DNA from: Bacteroidota bacterium
GTDB lineage: Bacteria; Bacteroidota; Bacteroidia; Bacteroidales; FEN-979
Direction of reading: 5' to 3'
DNA: 64,000 nt
Assembly (NCBI GenBank): GCA_037133475.1
Contig: JBAXOB010000011.1
Location: forward strand, 18,994-82,993
Part shown: in pieces, positions 17,359 through 27,636 of the stretch
How the letters are laid out: each line of letters opens with the position of its first letter
Numbering within the stretch: position 1 is the stretch's first letter
Program-made: the position numbers and the translations under genes
The notes under the pieces: model-generated
Seen by the model: only the letters and a program-made list of their open reading frames with translations
What the model was told of the DNA's origin: nothing
Database searches by the model: none

Positions 17359-18624
17359 TCATTTAAGCAAAATGCCCAGCAGCCTGTCAAGTTCGTCGGC
17401 ATCGGGATGAATCGCAACGATGATCCCCCTGGCATCGATAAGATAGGTGCATCCTCCCGATCCGGAGATATTATATTTGTTCCAGATGCTGTTTTTGTTA
17501 TCCAGTTCAACCAGGTTCAGCCAGGGATACTGATCCCTTTTCACGGCAATATCAAATGCATTGGTATTCCTGTATTCACAGGCAACTCCCACGATGACAA
17601 ACCCTTTTGACTTGTATTTTTCATAAACCGGGATCATGCGTTTCGACAAAGCGCGGCAGGGCCCGCACCAGGATGCCCACAGGTCGATCAGCGCCACCTT
17701 CCCCTCAATTTCCCTTGATACGTTAACGATCCTGCCATCGCGCACCGGCGCCGAAAAATCGACATAACGGCTGCCAACCTTTACATTGTTGATGGCATCG
17801 AGTGTCTCTTTAATTTTGACTGTGTAAGGATGTGACGGGAATTTCCCGGCAAATTCAGGGTAAATTTCGTTGATAAAGGGAAAATCGATGTTTTTCCTGT
17901 TTGTCTTATAACGGAGAACCTCAGAGCAAAGGATGGAATAGGTATGGATATCAATATGATTCCGGATATAATCATTTTCCCAGTACATTTTCAGCCGGCC
18001 GATTGAATCAAAACCGGCTATCAGCTGTGATACCTGGTCGGTGTACAATGTGCCTGCGCGCTCAAGGCTATCGAGTCCCCGGTAAATCCTGGCATTTTCA
18101 TCTTCATCCGAACTCTTTCTTAACCGTTCGTGCAGCAGGGCCGCCTTTTTGCTGTAATAGTTTCCCGATTGCCACAATGAATCCGTTTGCCGGGACAAGG
18201 GCAGGGTCAGCGGCCTGAATATTGAGTCCTCCCGTCTCGAGAACTGCTGCATTCTGTCGTTCAGCGCACCTCCTGAGATTACGTTGTTATCAAAGGCTTC
18301 ATCATTGTTAAGACGGAATTCAACAGTTCCGGTTTCAGGAAAAAATCCGATTTCTCTCCAGGCTCCCTTTTCCAGTTCATCAAGAAAAATAAGGTCGTAC
18401 TTTTCGGTGACCGGGATTTTGAGCAGGTATTCAAAATGGTTCCCGGTGATGGGAATGTGGACGCCCGTAAACCGGGGATCCTCGGTTGCAGGCACCAGTA
18501 CCAGCGTTTTACTGTCGCGGTTAATAACGGTTCCGCTTAATTTGCATTTGACAACCTGTGCCGGCAGCTGCAGGGCTGAAACCAGGAGGATTATCAACAT
18601 GGGAAGTGAAAATGAGGGTTTCAT
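17359..18624 (-). CDS. Exported TlpA-type thiol-disulfide oxidoreductase (DUF4369-like N-terminus plus AhpC/TSA domain)
   Basis: Signal peptide; C-terminal LIDLWASWCGPCR thioredoxin motif. Confidence 0.88.
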   Translation of the reverse strand: MKPSFSLPMLIILLVSALQLPAQVVKCKLSGTVINRDSKTLVLVPATEDPRFTGVHIPITGNHFEYLLKIPVTEKYDLIFLDELEKGAWREIGFFPETGTVEFRLNNDEAFDNNVISGGALNDRMQQFSRREDSIFRPLTLPLSRQTDSLWQSGNYYSKKAALLHERLRKSSDEDENARIYRGLDSLERAGTLYTDQVSQLIAGFDSIGRLKMYWENDYIRNHIDIHTYSILCSEVLRYKTNRKNIDFPFINEIYPEFAGKFPSHPYTVKIKETLDAINNVKVGSRYVDFSAPVRDGRIVNVSREIEGKVALIDLWASWCGPCRALSKRMIPVYEKYKSKGFVIVGVACEYRNTNAFDIAVKRDQYPWLNLVELDNKNSIWNKYNISGSGGCTYLIDARGIIVAIHPDADELDRLLGILLK

Positions 18625-19147
18625 ATGTTAATATTTATTTTTTCGGGGAACATGGAACAGCCATAAATTATCATTCACGTTTTGCATGAACATTGTGCTA
18701 AAGGCAATTTCATGTGGCTTTCATTTTCAGTCAACGATCCCACCAAAGTTAAAAAAATGAAGGGAACAAATAACCGGCCAAAGATTTTTTCCGGGTTGTT
18801 AAACCAGGAAAAATCTGATTTTTGAAATCTATGGTCCTCAATTTCATTGGGATAAAATTTCCGGGCTCGTCCATCATACCTTTTCCGGATGGATCTAAAG
18901 TACAGGTGTTCCTGCTGCATTCGGATGCAACAGGAAGCGCTGACCGGGTGATCATTCTAACTTGACAAACCTGGAGGCAGGAAAACCTGTCGGCCAGGGA
19001 TACTGTTTATTTAACCTGAACCCCGGTTTCCAGATCAGCCCGGGAAAATAATTTCACTGCGCCGGTGCGTGATAAACGCACACAACCGTTAGATCCTGCC
19101 AAATTACAAGCTATATCGCCACACTGGTTGGTTTTCTTTGTCACAAA

Positions 19148-19873
19148 TCAATTTAACTTACAGGAGGACAAAGTTTTTGTAAAGGTGATTAAACCATTTA
19201 CCTTACCGATATAACCCACATAACCCATGTCAGGTTTGTAAAACAGCGTTACTTCAGTGGCCATGCTACTGCCTTGGTCAATCCCCGTAAACTGCAGCCC
19301 TGCTATCGTATTCTTTTTTATAGCCGGCCGGATATACTGAAATTCAATACAGGAGAGCACCCCTGCTTTTGTTTTAAAGGGATAACTGGTTGCCAAACAA
19401 TGTGTCGGTAAGGTATCTCCCAGATAAAACTTTGTTCCTGAATAGGTGACTGATACCTGCTTCCAGGTTTCTCCGGCCTGAACCGGGAATTTATAGGAAA
19501 GTTGTTTTGTCAGAAAATAATCCACGCTATCCAGCTTTCCGCCGTAAAAATGTAATCCGTCTGACTCATTGTTTACAAACCAACAGGGGCTCTGCGCCTG
19601 GTTATTCCATGACCAAAACCATACCGTGTAATCTTTGCCCTGGTAACTGACATGTTTGGTTCCGGTGATGGTCAGTCTGGAAGTATCTGCATAGGTAAAA
19701 ACCCCGTTATTGAACGATGAATCAATAAATTCCCAGTAATTGCCGGTTTTCAGCGGAATCAGCATGGAAGAGGTACCGCCTGATGAAGTACTGGTTTGTT
19801 CACTGTTTTTCTTACAGGAACTAATCATGATCATCAAGGTTAAAAACAGATAGACGATTTGATTGAATTTCAT
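19148..19873 (-). CDS. Hypothetical lipoprotein
   Basis: Start at ATG 19873 gives MKFNQIVYLFLTLMIMISS-C lipobox; AT-richer than core genes. Confidence 0.75.
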   Translation of the reverse strand: MKFNQIVYLFLTLMIMISSCKKNSEQTSTSSGGTSSMLIPLKTGNYWEFIDSSFNNGVFTYADTSRLTITGTKHVSYQGKDYTVWFWSWNNQAQSPCWFVNNESDGLHFYGGKLDSVDYFLTKQLSYKFPVQAGETWKQVSVTYSGTKFYLGDTLPTHCLATSYPFKTKAGVLSCIEFQYIRPAIKKNTIAGLQFTGIDQGSSMATEVTLFYKPDMGYVGYIGKVNGLITFTKTLSSCKLN

Positions 19874-20344
19874 ACCTCCTCCTTTTTTATTTGAATAGTT
19901 CAACATTGATTATAAACAATATATTAATATCATAATGATAACAAACCGCTACTTCCTGAAACGATATTTGATTCAACCCTTGTCATGACTTTTACATCTG
20001 TTTTAATATCAATATTTATTTCTAAAAAATCCTTCCGCAACCCGCATTCAGGGCCGGGTTCCTAAACCGAAAGCTGATTTGACGCAACCCCTGAATATTT
20101 ATTCTCCCAAATATAGCCAATTATTTACCATATCAACACCAATAATAAAATATTTTTTAACATTGTATGACAGCCTATTACCTATTCTTTTCTTTTCATC
20201 CCCGTATTCCCTTCAAGCAGGGCGTTTGCCGGCATCCTGCAATTTTGACCGGGGTCAGGAACGATTCATGAGTCATTATCACTGCATTATCAACATTTAC
20301 ATTTTTTTCATACCTTTACCATCCTAACCAACACATCATTATCT

Positions 20345-23300
20345 ATGCGCAGAATGCTACTTCTTACCGCAGGAGTCCTTCTCCTTGTTATGGCCGGCCA
20401 TTCCCAGCCTGCTTTAAAACCTGCTACAAACGACACTGCCAGTTTCCCTTACTGGATCAGCATGATGCAGGACCCCTCGGCCAATTTTTTCAAGACGCAG
20501 CGGGCCTTTAATCTTTACTGGAAAGATCGTAAGATCACCAAGGGATGCGGCTGGAAGGTGTTCAAGCGCTGGGAATATATGATGTCGTCGCGCATTAATC
20601 CCGATGGTTCTGTTCCGCTGCAGGACGAGACTTTTAACGCATACAGGCAATTTGACAGCCCGCTTTCGGCTGGCGGCTCCTGGGTAAGCCTCGGGCCGGC
20701 CCAGATTCCCGCGCCCGGCCCTGCCGGCTACGAAGGACTTGGCAGGATCAACGTAGTTGCCTTCCATCCGACCGATCCCGCCAAGTTTTATGTAGGTTCG
20801 CCCTCGGGAGGGATGTGGCAGACGGCCGATGGCGGTGCAACCTGGGTGACCCATACCGACACCATCCCAACCCTTGGCGTATCGGCCATTGTGATCGACT
20901 ATGCCAACACCTCCAAGATCCTGATCGGCACCGGCGACCGCGACGCCGGCGACGCCCCTGGCATGGGAGTTTACAAGAGCATGAATGGCGGCCTGACCTG
21001 GACCGACTCCAAGACGGGGATGAATAACCAGACGGTATGCCGGATCATTCAGCATCCCACAAATTCACAGATATTCCTGGCTGCCACCGGCGGCGGTGTT
21101 TTCCGCTCCACCGACGGCGGGTCAACCTGGACCAATACCAAATCGGGCGGATTCAAGGATATCCTTTTCAAACCAAACGATCCCAACATTGTTTATGCCA
21201 TTGCGGGAAGTTCCTTTTACCGTTCTTCCAACAACGGCGTTACCTTTACCCAGGTCACGGCTGGACTTACCACGGGCCAGCGTGCCGTGATTGCCGTTAC
21301 GCCGGCCAATCCAAATTACGTTTACCTGTTGGAATCGGACAACACCAGCGCCTTCCAGGGGCTTTACCGGTCGGCTGATGCAGGCCTGACCTTTACGGCC
21401 CGTTCAACCACGCCCAACATCCTCGAATATTCGTGCGATGGCAGCGGTACAGGGGGGCAGAGTTGGTACGACCTGGCCCTGGCGGCCGATCCCAACAACG
21501 CCGAAACGATCATTGCCGCCGGCGTCAATTGCTGGAAATCGGTCAACGGTGGCACAAACTGGGCTATCAATTCGCACTGGTACGGGGGCTGCAGTGTCCC
21601 GTCGGTACATGCCGACTGCCATTTTCTCGCCTTTTCACCGGTCAATGGCAATCTTTACGCCACCAACGACGGCGGATGCTGGGAAACCGGCAACGGCGGC
21701 ACCACCTGGAATTTCCAGACTGCCGGGATGACCATCGGGCAGATCTATAAAATAGGCCAGTCGCAAACCATCCGGAACAAGGTGATCAATGGCTTCCAGG
21801 ATAACGGCACCTATGGCCTGACACCCACAGGCTGGATCCAGATCGGCGGCGGCGACGGTATGGAGTGCGCCATCGATTACACCAATGCTGCCTACACCTA
21901 CCACACCATTTATTATGGTGACATCTACCGCAGGGTCAACAACGCCAACGAGGTGCATATTGCCGGCGTTGGTACCAACGGCATCACCGAATCGGGCGCT
22001 TGGGTAACCCCGTTCTGCCTCAGCGAAGCCGACCACAAGGGAATGTTTGCAGGGTACCAGAATATCTGGCGGTGCAACGATGTGACCTCCTACCCGGTTA
22101 CCTGGACGAAGATCTCCGACAACCTTGCCGGGAGCAACACTACCGACATGGCCGTGGTGGAACATTCGCCCGCCAACACCAACCTCTTCTACGCAGGCAG
22201 GTCGGATAATAAATTTTTCAGGACCGACGACTGCTTCAGCAATGCGCCATTATGGTATGACCTGACCAGCTCCCTTATCGGGTCGGGATCCATCACGGCC
22301 ATTGAGGCCAGCCCTGTCGACGAAAACGTGGTTTATATGACCCGCGGCAACTTCGTACTGAAATCGGTCAACAAGGGACAATCCTGGACCAACATCACCG
22401 GGAACCTGCCGGCCGTTCACCTCAATACGATCGTATATTACCGGAATTCCCAGGAGGGTTTGTATGTCGGCTCCGACGCCGGTGTCTATTATAAAGACCA
22501 GACCAGCAACGGCTGGATCCCCTTCAGCCTCGGGTTACCGGTGAATGCGAAGATCACCGAACTTGAGATCTATTATGACAATGACTCCGTGTCGCAGGAT
22601 GCACTGCGTGCTGGCACCTACGGCCGCGGGCTCTGGGGATCCGACCTCTACCACACCCTGCCGCATGCCGACTTTTCAACACTGCATACCACGGTACCCG
22701 TCGGATGCCCGGTGGCTTACACCGACCAGTCGTCAGGTGTGCCAACCTATTTTCACTGGACCTTCCAGGGAGGTACACCCTCCACCTCAAACCTGAAAAA
22801 CCCGGGAAATATCGTCTACAGCACCCCGGGCATCTACCCTGTGAAACTCAAGGTCTGGAACGAATTCGGGGCCGATTCGATCACCAAAGCCAACTTTATC
22901 ACGGCCAGCGGTACCCTCCTCCCAGTGGCCGACTTCAAGGCCGACAAGTTTGTGCTTTGCAGCGCCGATGTGGTTCATTTCACCGATCTTACAACCAACT
23001 GCCCGATTACCTGGGACTGGCAATTCACCCCGAACAGCGTCACCTTCCTCAACGGCACCTCCAATAGCAGCCAGAACCCCGTGGTTCAGTTCAACGCCCC
23101 CGGCGCCTACGATGTTCAGCTGGCCTGCTTCAACACGGTTGGCGGCCCCGTGACGGTCTCCAAACAGCAGTATATCGTAAACGGGGGATTCACGTTACCC
23201 TTCAGCGAATCCTTTGCCAACGGCTTCAATCCGAAACACTGGGAAATTGTCAATCCCGACCTTTCCATCACCTGGGATACCATCACGGTGGGCGGAACGG

Positions 23301-24010
23301 TTCCCGGGTCGAAGGCTGTCTGGATGAACTTTTATAACTATTTGCAGATCACCCATCGCGACCAGCTTATCAGTCCTGCCATGAATTTCGGCGGGTATGG
23401 CACGGTTGCACTCAACTTCCGGCATGCTTACGAGCAGCGCGTGAGGATCGACTCGCTGATCATCAAGGTATCGCAGGACTGCGGAACCACCTGGGATCGC
23501 GTATGGGCCATGGGCCCCAATGGCACGCCCAACGTGTTCGTGACCCACCCCCCAACAAATACGGCCTTCTATCCCCAGTCGGCCAACGACTGGTGCGGGG
23601 GCAGCTACGGGGTTGGATGCTACACCATCGACCTTTCCTCTTATGCAGGAAAACCCGACATTAAACTGATGTTTGAATCGTTCGCCTTTTTCGGCAACAA
23701 CCTTTTTCTGAATGATATCAATATCAGCGGAACGGTTGGCGTGCCCGAACAGGTCATAACCGGGAGCGGTTTTATCCTCTATCCCAACCCGACAACAGGC
23801 CAGTTTGTCCTTTCGTTTACCGGGAAAAAAGGGGAGGCCGTGATGGATGTACTCAATCCCCAGGGCCAGGTTATCCGAACCGACCGGTTTGCCACCGGGC
23901 CAGGAAAGAACGAATGGCATCTTGATTTTTCAGGATTTTCCAAAGGCGTTTATTTTATCCGGGTAACGGATGCCGTCTCCTCACAGGTTCAGAAAATTGT
24001 GATCGAGTAG
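20345..24010 (+). CDS. T9SS-secreted VPS10/BNR-repeat beta-propeller protein with two PKD domains and a type A CTD
   Basis: Signal peptide; many S.DGG.TW Asp-box repeats; PKD motifs (W.F.GG.P.TS, W.F.P); CTD LYPNP..GVYFIRV..KIVIE. Confidence 0.88.
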   Translation: MRRMLLLTAGVLLLVMAGHSQPALKPATNDTASFPYWISMMQDPSANFFKTQRAFNLYWKDRKITKGCGWKVFKRWEYMMSSRINPDGSVPLQDETFNAYRQFDSPLSAGGSWVSLGPAQIPAPGPAGYEGLGRINVVAFHPTDPAKFYVGSPSGGMWQTADGGATWVTHTDTIPTLGVSAIVIDYANTSKILIGTGDRDAGDAPGMGVYKSMNGGLTWTDSKTGMNNQTVCRIIQHPTNSQIFLAATGGGVFRSTDGGSTWTNTKSGGFKDILFKPNDPNIVYAIAGSSFYRSSNNGVTFTQVTAGLTTGQRAVIAVTPANPNYVYLLESDNTSAFQGLYRSADAGLTFTARSTTPNILEYSCDGSGTGGQSWYDLALAADPNNAETIIAAGVNCWKSVNGGTNWAINSHWYGGCSVPSVHADCHFLAFSPVNGNLYATNDGGCWETGNGGTTWNFQTAGMTIGQIYKIGQSQTIRNKVINGFQDNGTYGLTPTGWIQIGGGDGMECAIDYTNAAYTYHTIYYGDIYRRVNNANEVHIAGVGTNGITESGAWVTPFCLSEADHKGMFAGYQNIWRCNDVTSYPVTWTKISDNLAGSNTTDMAVVEHSPANTNLFYAGRSDNKFFRTDDCFSNAPLWYDLTSSLIGSGSITAIEASPVDENVVYMTRGNFVLKSVNKGQSWTNITGNLPAVHLNTIVYYRNSQEGLYVGSDAGVYYKDQTSNGWIPFSLGLPVNAKITELEIYYDNDSVSQDALRAGTYGRGLWGSDLYHTLPHADFSTLHTTVPVGCPVAYTDQSSGVPTYFHWTFQGGTPSTSNLKNPGNIVYSTPGIYPVKLKVWNEFGADSITKANFITASGTLLPVADFKADKFVLCSADVVHFTDLTTNCPITWDWQFTPNSVTFLNGTSNSSQNPVVQFNAPGAYDVQLACFNTVGGPVTVSKQQYIVNGGFTLPFSESFANGFNPKHWEIVNPDLSITWDTITVGGTVPGSKAVWMNFYNYLQITHRDQLISPAMNFGGYGTVALNFRHAYEQRVRIDSLIIKVSQDCGTTWDRVWAMGPNGTPNVFVTHPPTNTAFYPQSANDWCGGSYGVGCYTIDLSSYAGKPDIKLMFESFAFFGNNLFLNDINISGTVGVPEQVITGSGFILYPNPTTGQFVLSFTGKKGEAVMDVLNPQGQVIRTDRFATGPGKNEWHLDFSGFSKGVYFIRVTDAVSSQVQKIVIE

Positions 24011-24065
24011 TTTCCGGTGGTTGATTTTGTCAGGAACAGGATGTAATACAGTCTATCTGTTTTTT

Positions 24066-24154
24066 CTTAGTGCCTTTGTGCCTTCTTTGTGACTTTGTGG
24101 CTTAAAAGTCTGATAAAACCACAGATGCCGCCCGGCAGGTAGAAAGGCACAAGG
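24066..24154 (+). repeat. CWTTGTG-type element: right half (24066-24107) followed by a degenerate left half (24116-24154)
   Basis: cttagtgc ctttgtgcctt ctttgtga ctttgtggcttaaaa has the same subunit order as 55616-55656; then aaaccacaga..aaaggcacaagg. Confidence 0.65.
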
Positions 24155-24259
24155 TCGCAGGTCCCGTGCATACGGTGCCGCATGTACATCCTTGATTTTT
24201 AATGCCAGCGTGCCGAAAACTTTACGATCTTTGCCTGATAATTTCCTTTGCCAAACCCC

Positions 24260-26773
24260 ATGAAAATAACATCTTACCTCCTTTTTTTCATTCTCCTTTC
24301 CTTCACCTCCATGGCGCAGGGTTGGCGGGAAGGGGAGATGGAACTCAGGGTCATTATTGATTCGCCTTCAGACTTGACGACCATCCGGCAACTCGGTCTT
24401 GTTGCCGAACCAGCGGCTGCCGATGGCTCCTGTATCAGGAGTTATGCCGTTCCTGAAGAGTTGAAGAAATTACAAACCAGCGGGCTCCGGTATTCCGTGA
24501 CCATTGCCGATATGAACCGCCATTTCGAACATTACTGGGACAACCCTATAGTACCGGCGGGATATTATACCTATGAGCAGATCATTGCCATTGCCGACAG
24601 CCTTGCCGCCAACTTCCCCTCCATCTGTAAAAAGGTGATCTGGGGAACCTCCCTTGGCGGCAGGCAACTTGCCGCACTTAAGATCAGCGACAATGTCAAT
24701 GTTGATGAGCCGGAACCGGAGATCATGTTCGACGGCGGCATCCACGGCGACGAGGTGGGAGGATCACAGAACATCATCATGTTTGCCAGGGACCTGGTGC
24801 TGGGTTACGGTTCAAATCCCGTCTATACCGACCTGATCAACAACCGTGAGATCTGGCTGTACCTGATGGTCAACCCCGACGGGCGAGCCTCGATGTCGCG
24901 TTACAACAACAACCTGATCGACATAAACCGCGACAATGGCTATATGTGGAATGCCGAAGGGGGCAGTACCGACGCCTTTTCACAGGTTGAGACCAGGGCT
25001 TTGCGAAATTGCATCTTCGACAACCAGTTCGTGGTGTATACCAATTTCCACAGCGGGTCGGAGATACTCTCCTATCCGTGGAGCTACCGCGCCGACCATC
25101 CCCGCGATTATGTCCACATCAACCAGCTGGCCGGCGTTTATGCGTCCACTTCCGGCTACACCAATCTTACCTACGGGCAGGGTTATACGGTCATGTATCC
25201 CATTAACGGCAGCACCAAGGATTACCAGTACGGCAGCCTGGGGAACGTCGGCTGGTCGATGGAGATTTCGCTCGACAAGCAGCCTCCCGCCTCGCAGATC
25301 ATGACCTATTACAACGACAACAAACCCTCCATGCTCGAGATGATCAAACGGTGCGGATGGGGGGTGGCGGGCATGGTAACCGATTCGCTCACCGGTGCAC
25401 CGGTTTCGGCATCAGTATGGGTAAATGGCTATTTCCCGGTTTATACCGACCCCGTGGTGGGTGATTTTCACAAATATGTGTTACCCGGAACCTATACCAT
25501 CAGGGTGGCGGCGAACGGGTACAAAACCAAAACAGTCTCAGGGGTTTCGGTTCCCGACCAGGGCTGTTCGACGACCGGGTTTCAGCTGGTTCCCCTGTCG
25601 AAACGCTATGCTTTCAAGGTGATGAGCTGCCAGATCCCCGGGAATAATTTTGATGATGAAGGTTATACACCCGGTGCGCTTGGCCGGCCCGATTCAATTC
25701 CCTATTCCATGGGCAGGTTCGGCTGGATCGTGCTCGATATGGGAGATACCATCTGCGACGGCCCGGGCATTGATTTCAAAATCTACCAATCCGGCATCAA
25801 CAATAAGAACTATACGGTTTCCGGCGGAAATTACAAAGACGGCCCCTTTACCACCATCGGAACCGCCACCGGAACCGCCGGCTTCGATCTCGGGTCGGTC
25901 GGCATGACACGGGCCCGCTACCTGTTCATCAAAGACAATGGAACAGGGGCATCCTTTGGACCCGGCGCAGGATTCAACCTGGATGCCGTTGAGATGATCA
26001 CCCCTCCGGTCGTGGTGAATTTCACAGCCAGCGACACCCTGCCCTGTACCGGGACAATGGTGAATTTTACCGATCAGTCAACAGGCAACATTGTCTCATG
26101 GAGCTGGTCCTTCCCCGGAGGGAACCCCTCCTCCTCCACCCAGAAAAACCCTGTCAACATCCTGTATGGTACGCCAGGGGTCTACAATGTAACCCTGACG
26201 ATATCCAATGGAATTATCAGCAGTTCCAAAACCAAAGCTGCCTATATCCACCCGGGTGCCCCTCCCCAGGTCAACCTGGGTGCCGATACGACCGTGTGCG
26301 CATCGAGCGTGCTGACGCTCAACGCAGGAAATCCCGGGTGTACCTATCATTGGTCAACCGGCCAAACCACGCAGGATATCCAGGTCGATTCAACCGGTGC
26401 CGGGCTTGGGTCACACAGCTACTGGGTCGCGGTTACCCGTTCCCCCGGCTGCACGGGAAATGACACCATCAGGATCACGCGCGACGACTGTACCGGAATA
26501 CCCGGATATATGTGCCCTGACGATGTTTCAGTGTTCCCGAATCCGGCAGACCGGTATTTCATCCTGGATATCAATGGTTTTGAAGGCGGCTCCTGGCAGC
26601 TCTTTTCTGATACGGGTGCTGCACATGGCATGGGTACGGTTCCATCCGGTCATTACCGGTACCGGATGAATGTATCGGACTATCCGGCAGGCATTTACCT
26701 TATCAGGATCATCAAAGGAAACAGGATTATGCTTAAAAAAATCATGGTGAGCCACGGTTCTGACTACCAGTAA
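24260..26773 (+). CDS. T9SS-secreted M14 zinc carboxypeptidase with PKD and CTD
   Basis: IHGDE, NPDG, DINRD, FHSG and WSMEIS catalytic motifs; PKD; VFPNP..GIYLIRI CTD. Start set at ATG 24260 for the signal peptide. Confidence 0.9.
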   Translation: MKITSYLLFFILLSFTSMAQGWREGEMELRVIIDSPSDLTTIRQLGLVAEPAAADGSCIRSYAVPEELKKLQTSGLRYSVTIADMNRHFEHYWDNPIVPAGYYTYEQIIAIADSLAANFPSICKKVIWGTSLGGRQLAALKISDNVNVDEPEPEIMFDGGIHGDEVGGSQNIIMFARDLVLGYGSNPVYTDLINNREIWLYLMVNPDGRASMSRYNNNLIDINRDNGYMWNAEGGSTDAFSQVETRALRNCIFDNQFVVYTNFHSGSEILSYPWSYRADHPRDYVHINQLAGVYASTSGYTNLTYGQGYTVMYPINGSTKDYQYGSLGNVGWSMEISLDKQPPASQIMTYYNDNKPSMLEMIKRCGWGVAGMVTDSLTGAPVSASVWVNGYFPVYTDPVVGDFHKYVLPGTYTIRVAANGYKTKTVSGVSVPDQGCSTTGFQLVPLSKRYAFKVMSCQIPGNNFDDEGYTPGALGRPDSIPYSMGRFGWIVLDMGDTICDGPGIDFKIYQSGINNKNYTVSGGNYKDGPFTTIGTATGTAGFDLGSVGMTRARYLFIKDNGTGASFGPGAGFNLDAVEMITPPVVVNFTASDTLPCTGTMVNFTDQSTGNIVSWSWSFPGGNPSSSTQKNPVNILYGTPGVYNVTLTISNGIISSSKTKAAYIHPGAPPQVNLGADTTVCASSVLTLNAGNPGCTYHWSTGQTTQDIQVDSTGAGLGSHSYWVAVTRSPGCTGNDTIRITRDDCTGIPGYMCPDDVSVFPNPADRYFILDINGFEGGSWQLFSDTGAAHGMGTVPSGHYRYRMNVSDYPAGIYLIRIIKGNRIMLKKIMVSHGSDYQ

Positions 26774-26836
26774 CCTGCAAACCCCCTGAAAGGTCAACCA
26801 TTGTACAATGTGCAGGTTCCCGGTTTGTCAATTGTT

Positions 26837-26844
26837 TACCTTTG
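26837..26844 (+). promoter_or_regulatory. -7 box TACCTTTG upstream of rsmE
   Basis: Exact TAnnTTTG 17 nt before the ATG. Confidence 0.55.
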
Positions 26845-26861
26845 TCACATAATAAGATACT

Positions 26862-27569
26862 ATGCAGCTGTTTTATATCTCCGGCATTGCCGGCAACACA
26901 TGTGCGCTTGGCGAAGAGGAGTCGTGGCATTGCGTCAGGGTGCTTCGCCTGCAGGAGGGCGCTGCTGTGCATATGACCGATGGCCTGGGCAATTTTTACG
27001 AAGGCCGGATGGCAAAGGTTCATCATAAGGGCTGCCTGGTGGAGATACTGAAGACAACCCGCCTGGAGCAGCGGGCCGGGCACCGCCTTCATGTCGCCAT
27101 GGCCCCGACCAAGAACATCGAACGGTTTGAATGGTTTCTTGAAAAAGCAACCGAGATCGGCATCGACGAGATAACCCCGCTCATCTGCGACCATTCCGAA
27201 CGCAAAATCGTGAAGCCGGAGCGTCTTGAAAAGGTGCTGGTTGCCGCCATGAAGCAATCGCTGAAATCATGGCTTCCAAGGTTAAATGAACCTGTAAGTT
27301 ACCGTGATTTCATAGCAAGGGATTTCACCGGGCAAAAGCTGATCGCCTGGTGTGAAACCGGCCTGGAATCTGAACTGCATGAACTTTACAGGAAGGGCTC
27401 CGCTGTACTGGTCCTGGTCGGTCCCGAAGGGGATTTTTCCAAAGCCGAGGTCGACCTGTCCATCGGCGCCGGATATATCCCTGTAAGCCTGGGTGAAAGC
27501 CGGCTCAGAACCGAAACGGCCGGCCTCGTGGCCTGTAATACGATAGCGCTGATGAACAGGATCAGGTAA
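26862..27569 (+). CDS. rsmE: 16S rRNA m3U1498 methyltransferase
   Basis: HCVRVLRL, LEKATEIG, AAMKQS, VGPEGDFS and LRTETAG SPOUT motifs. Confidence 0.95.
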   Translation: MQLFYISGIAGNTCALGEEESWHCVRVLRLQEGAAVHMTDGLGNFYEGRMAKVHHKGCLVEILKTTRLEQRAGHRLHVAMAPTKNIERFEWFLEKATEIGIDEITPLICDHSERKIVKPERLEKVLVAAMKQSLKSWLPRLNEPVSYRDFIARDFTGQKLIAWCETGLESELHELYRKGSAVLVLVGPEGDFSKAEVDLSIGAGYIPVSLGESRLRTETAGLVACNTIALMNRIR

Positions 27570-27636
27570 CCACGAAACCACGAGTAGATAAAGATTTATC
27601 AAATTGGTCAGTTAAATCAATCAAGAATATTGACTT

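Noticed and set aside
11770-19906. Co-oriented run of unrelated small genes as an integron cassette array; ATCTAAC...GTTAAAT at 19009-19094
   Set aside because: L boxes do not pair, no recurrent attC after the other genes, no integrase, and several genes have their own promoters.
24809-24820. tRNA T-loop-like GGTTCAAATCCC
   Set aside because: Inside the M14 coding sequence with no cloverleaf.
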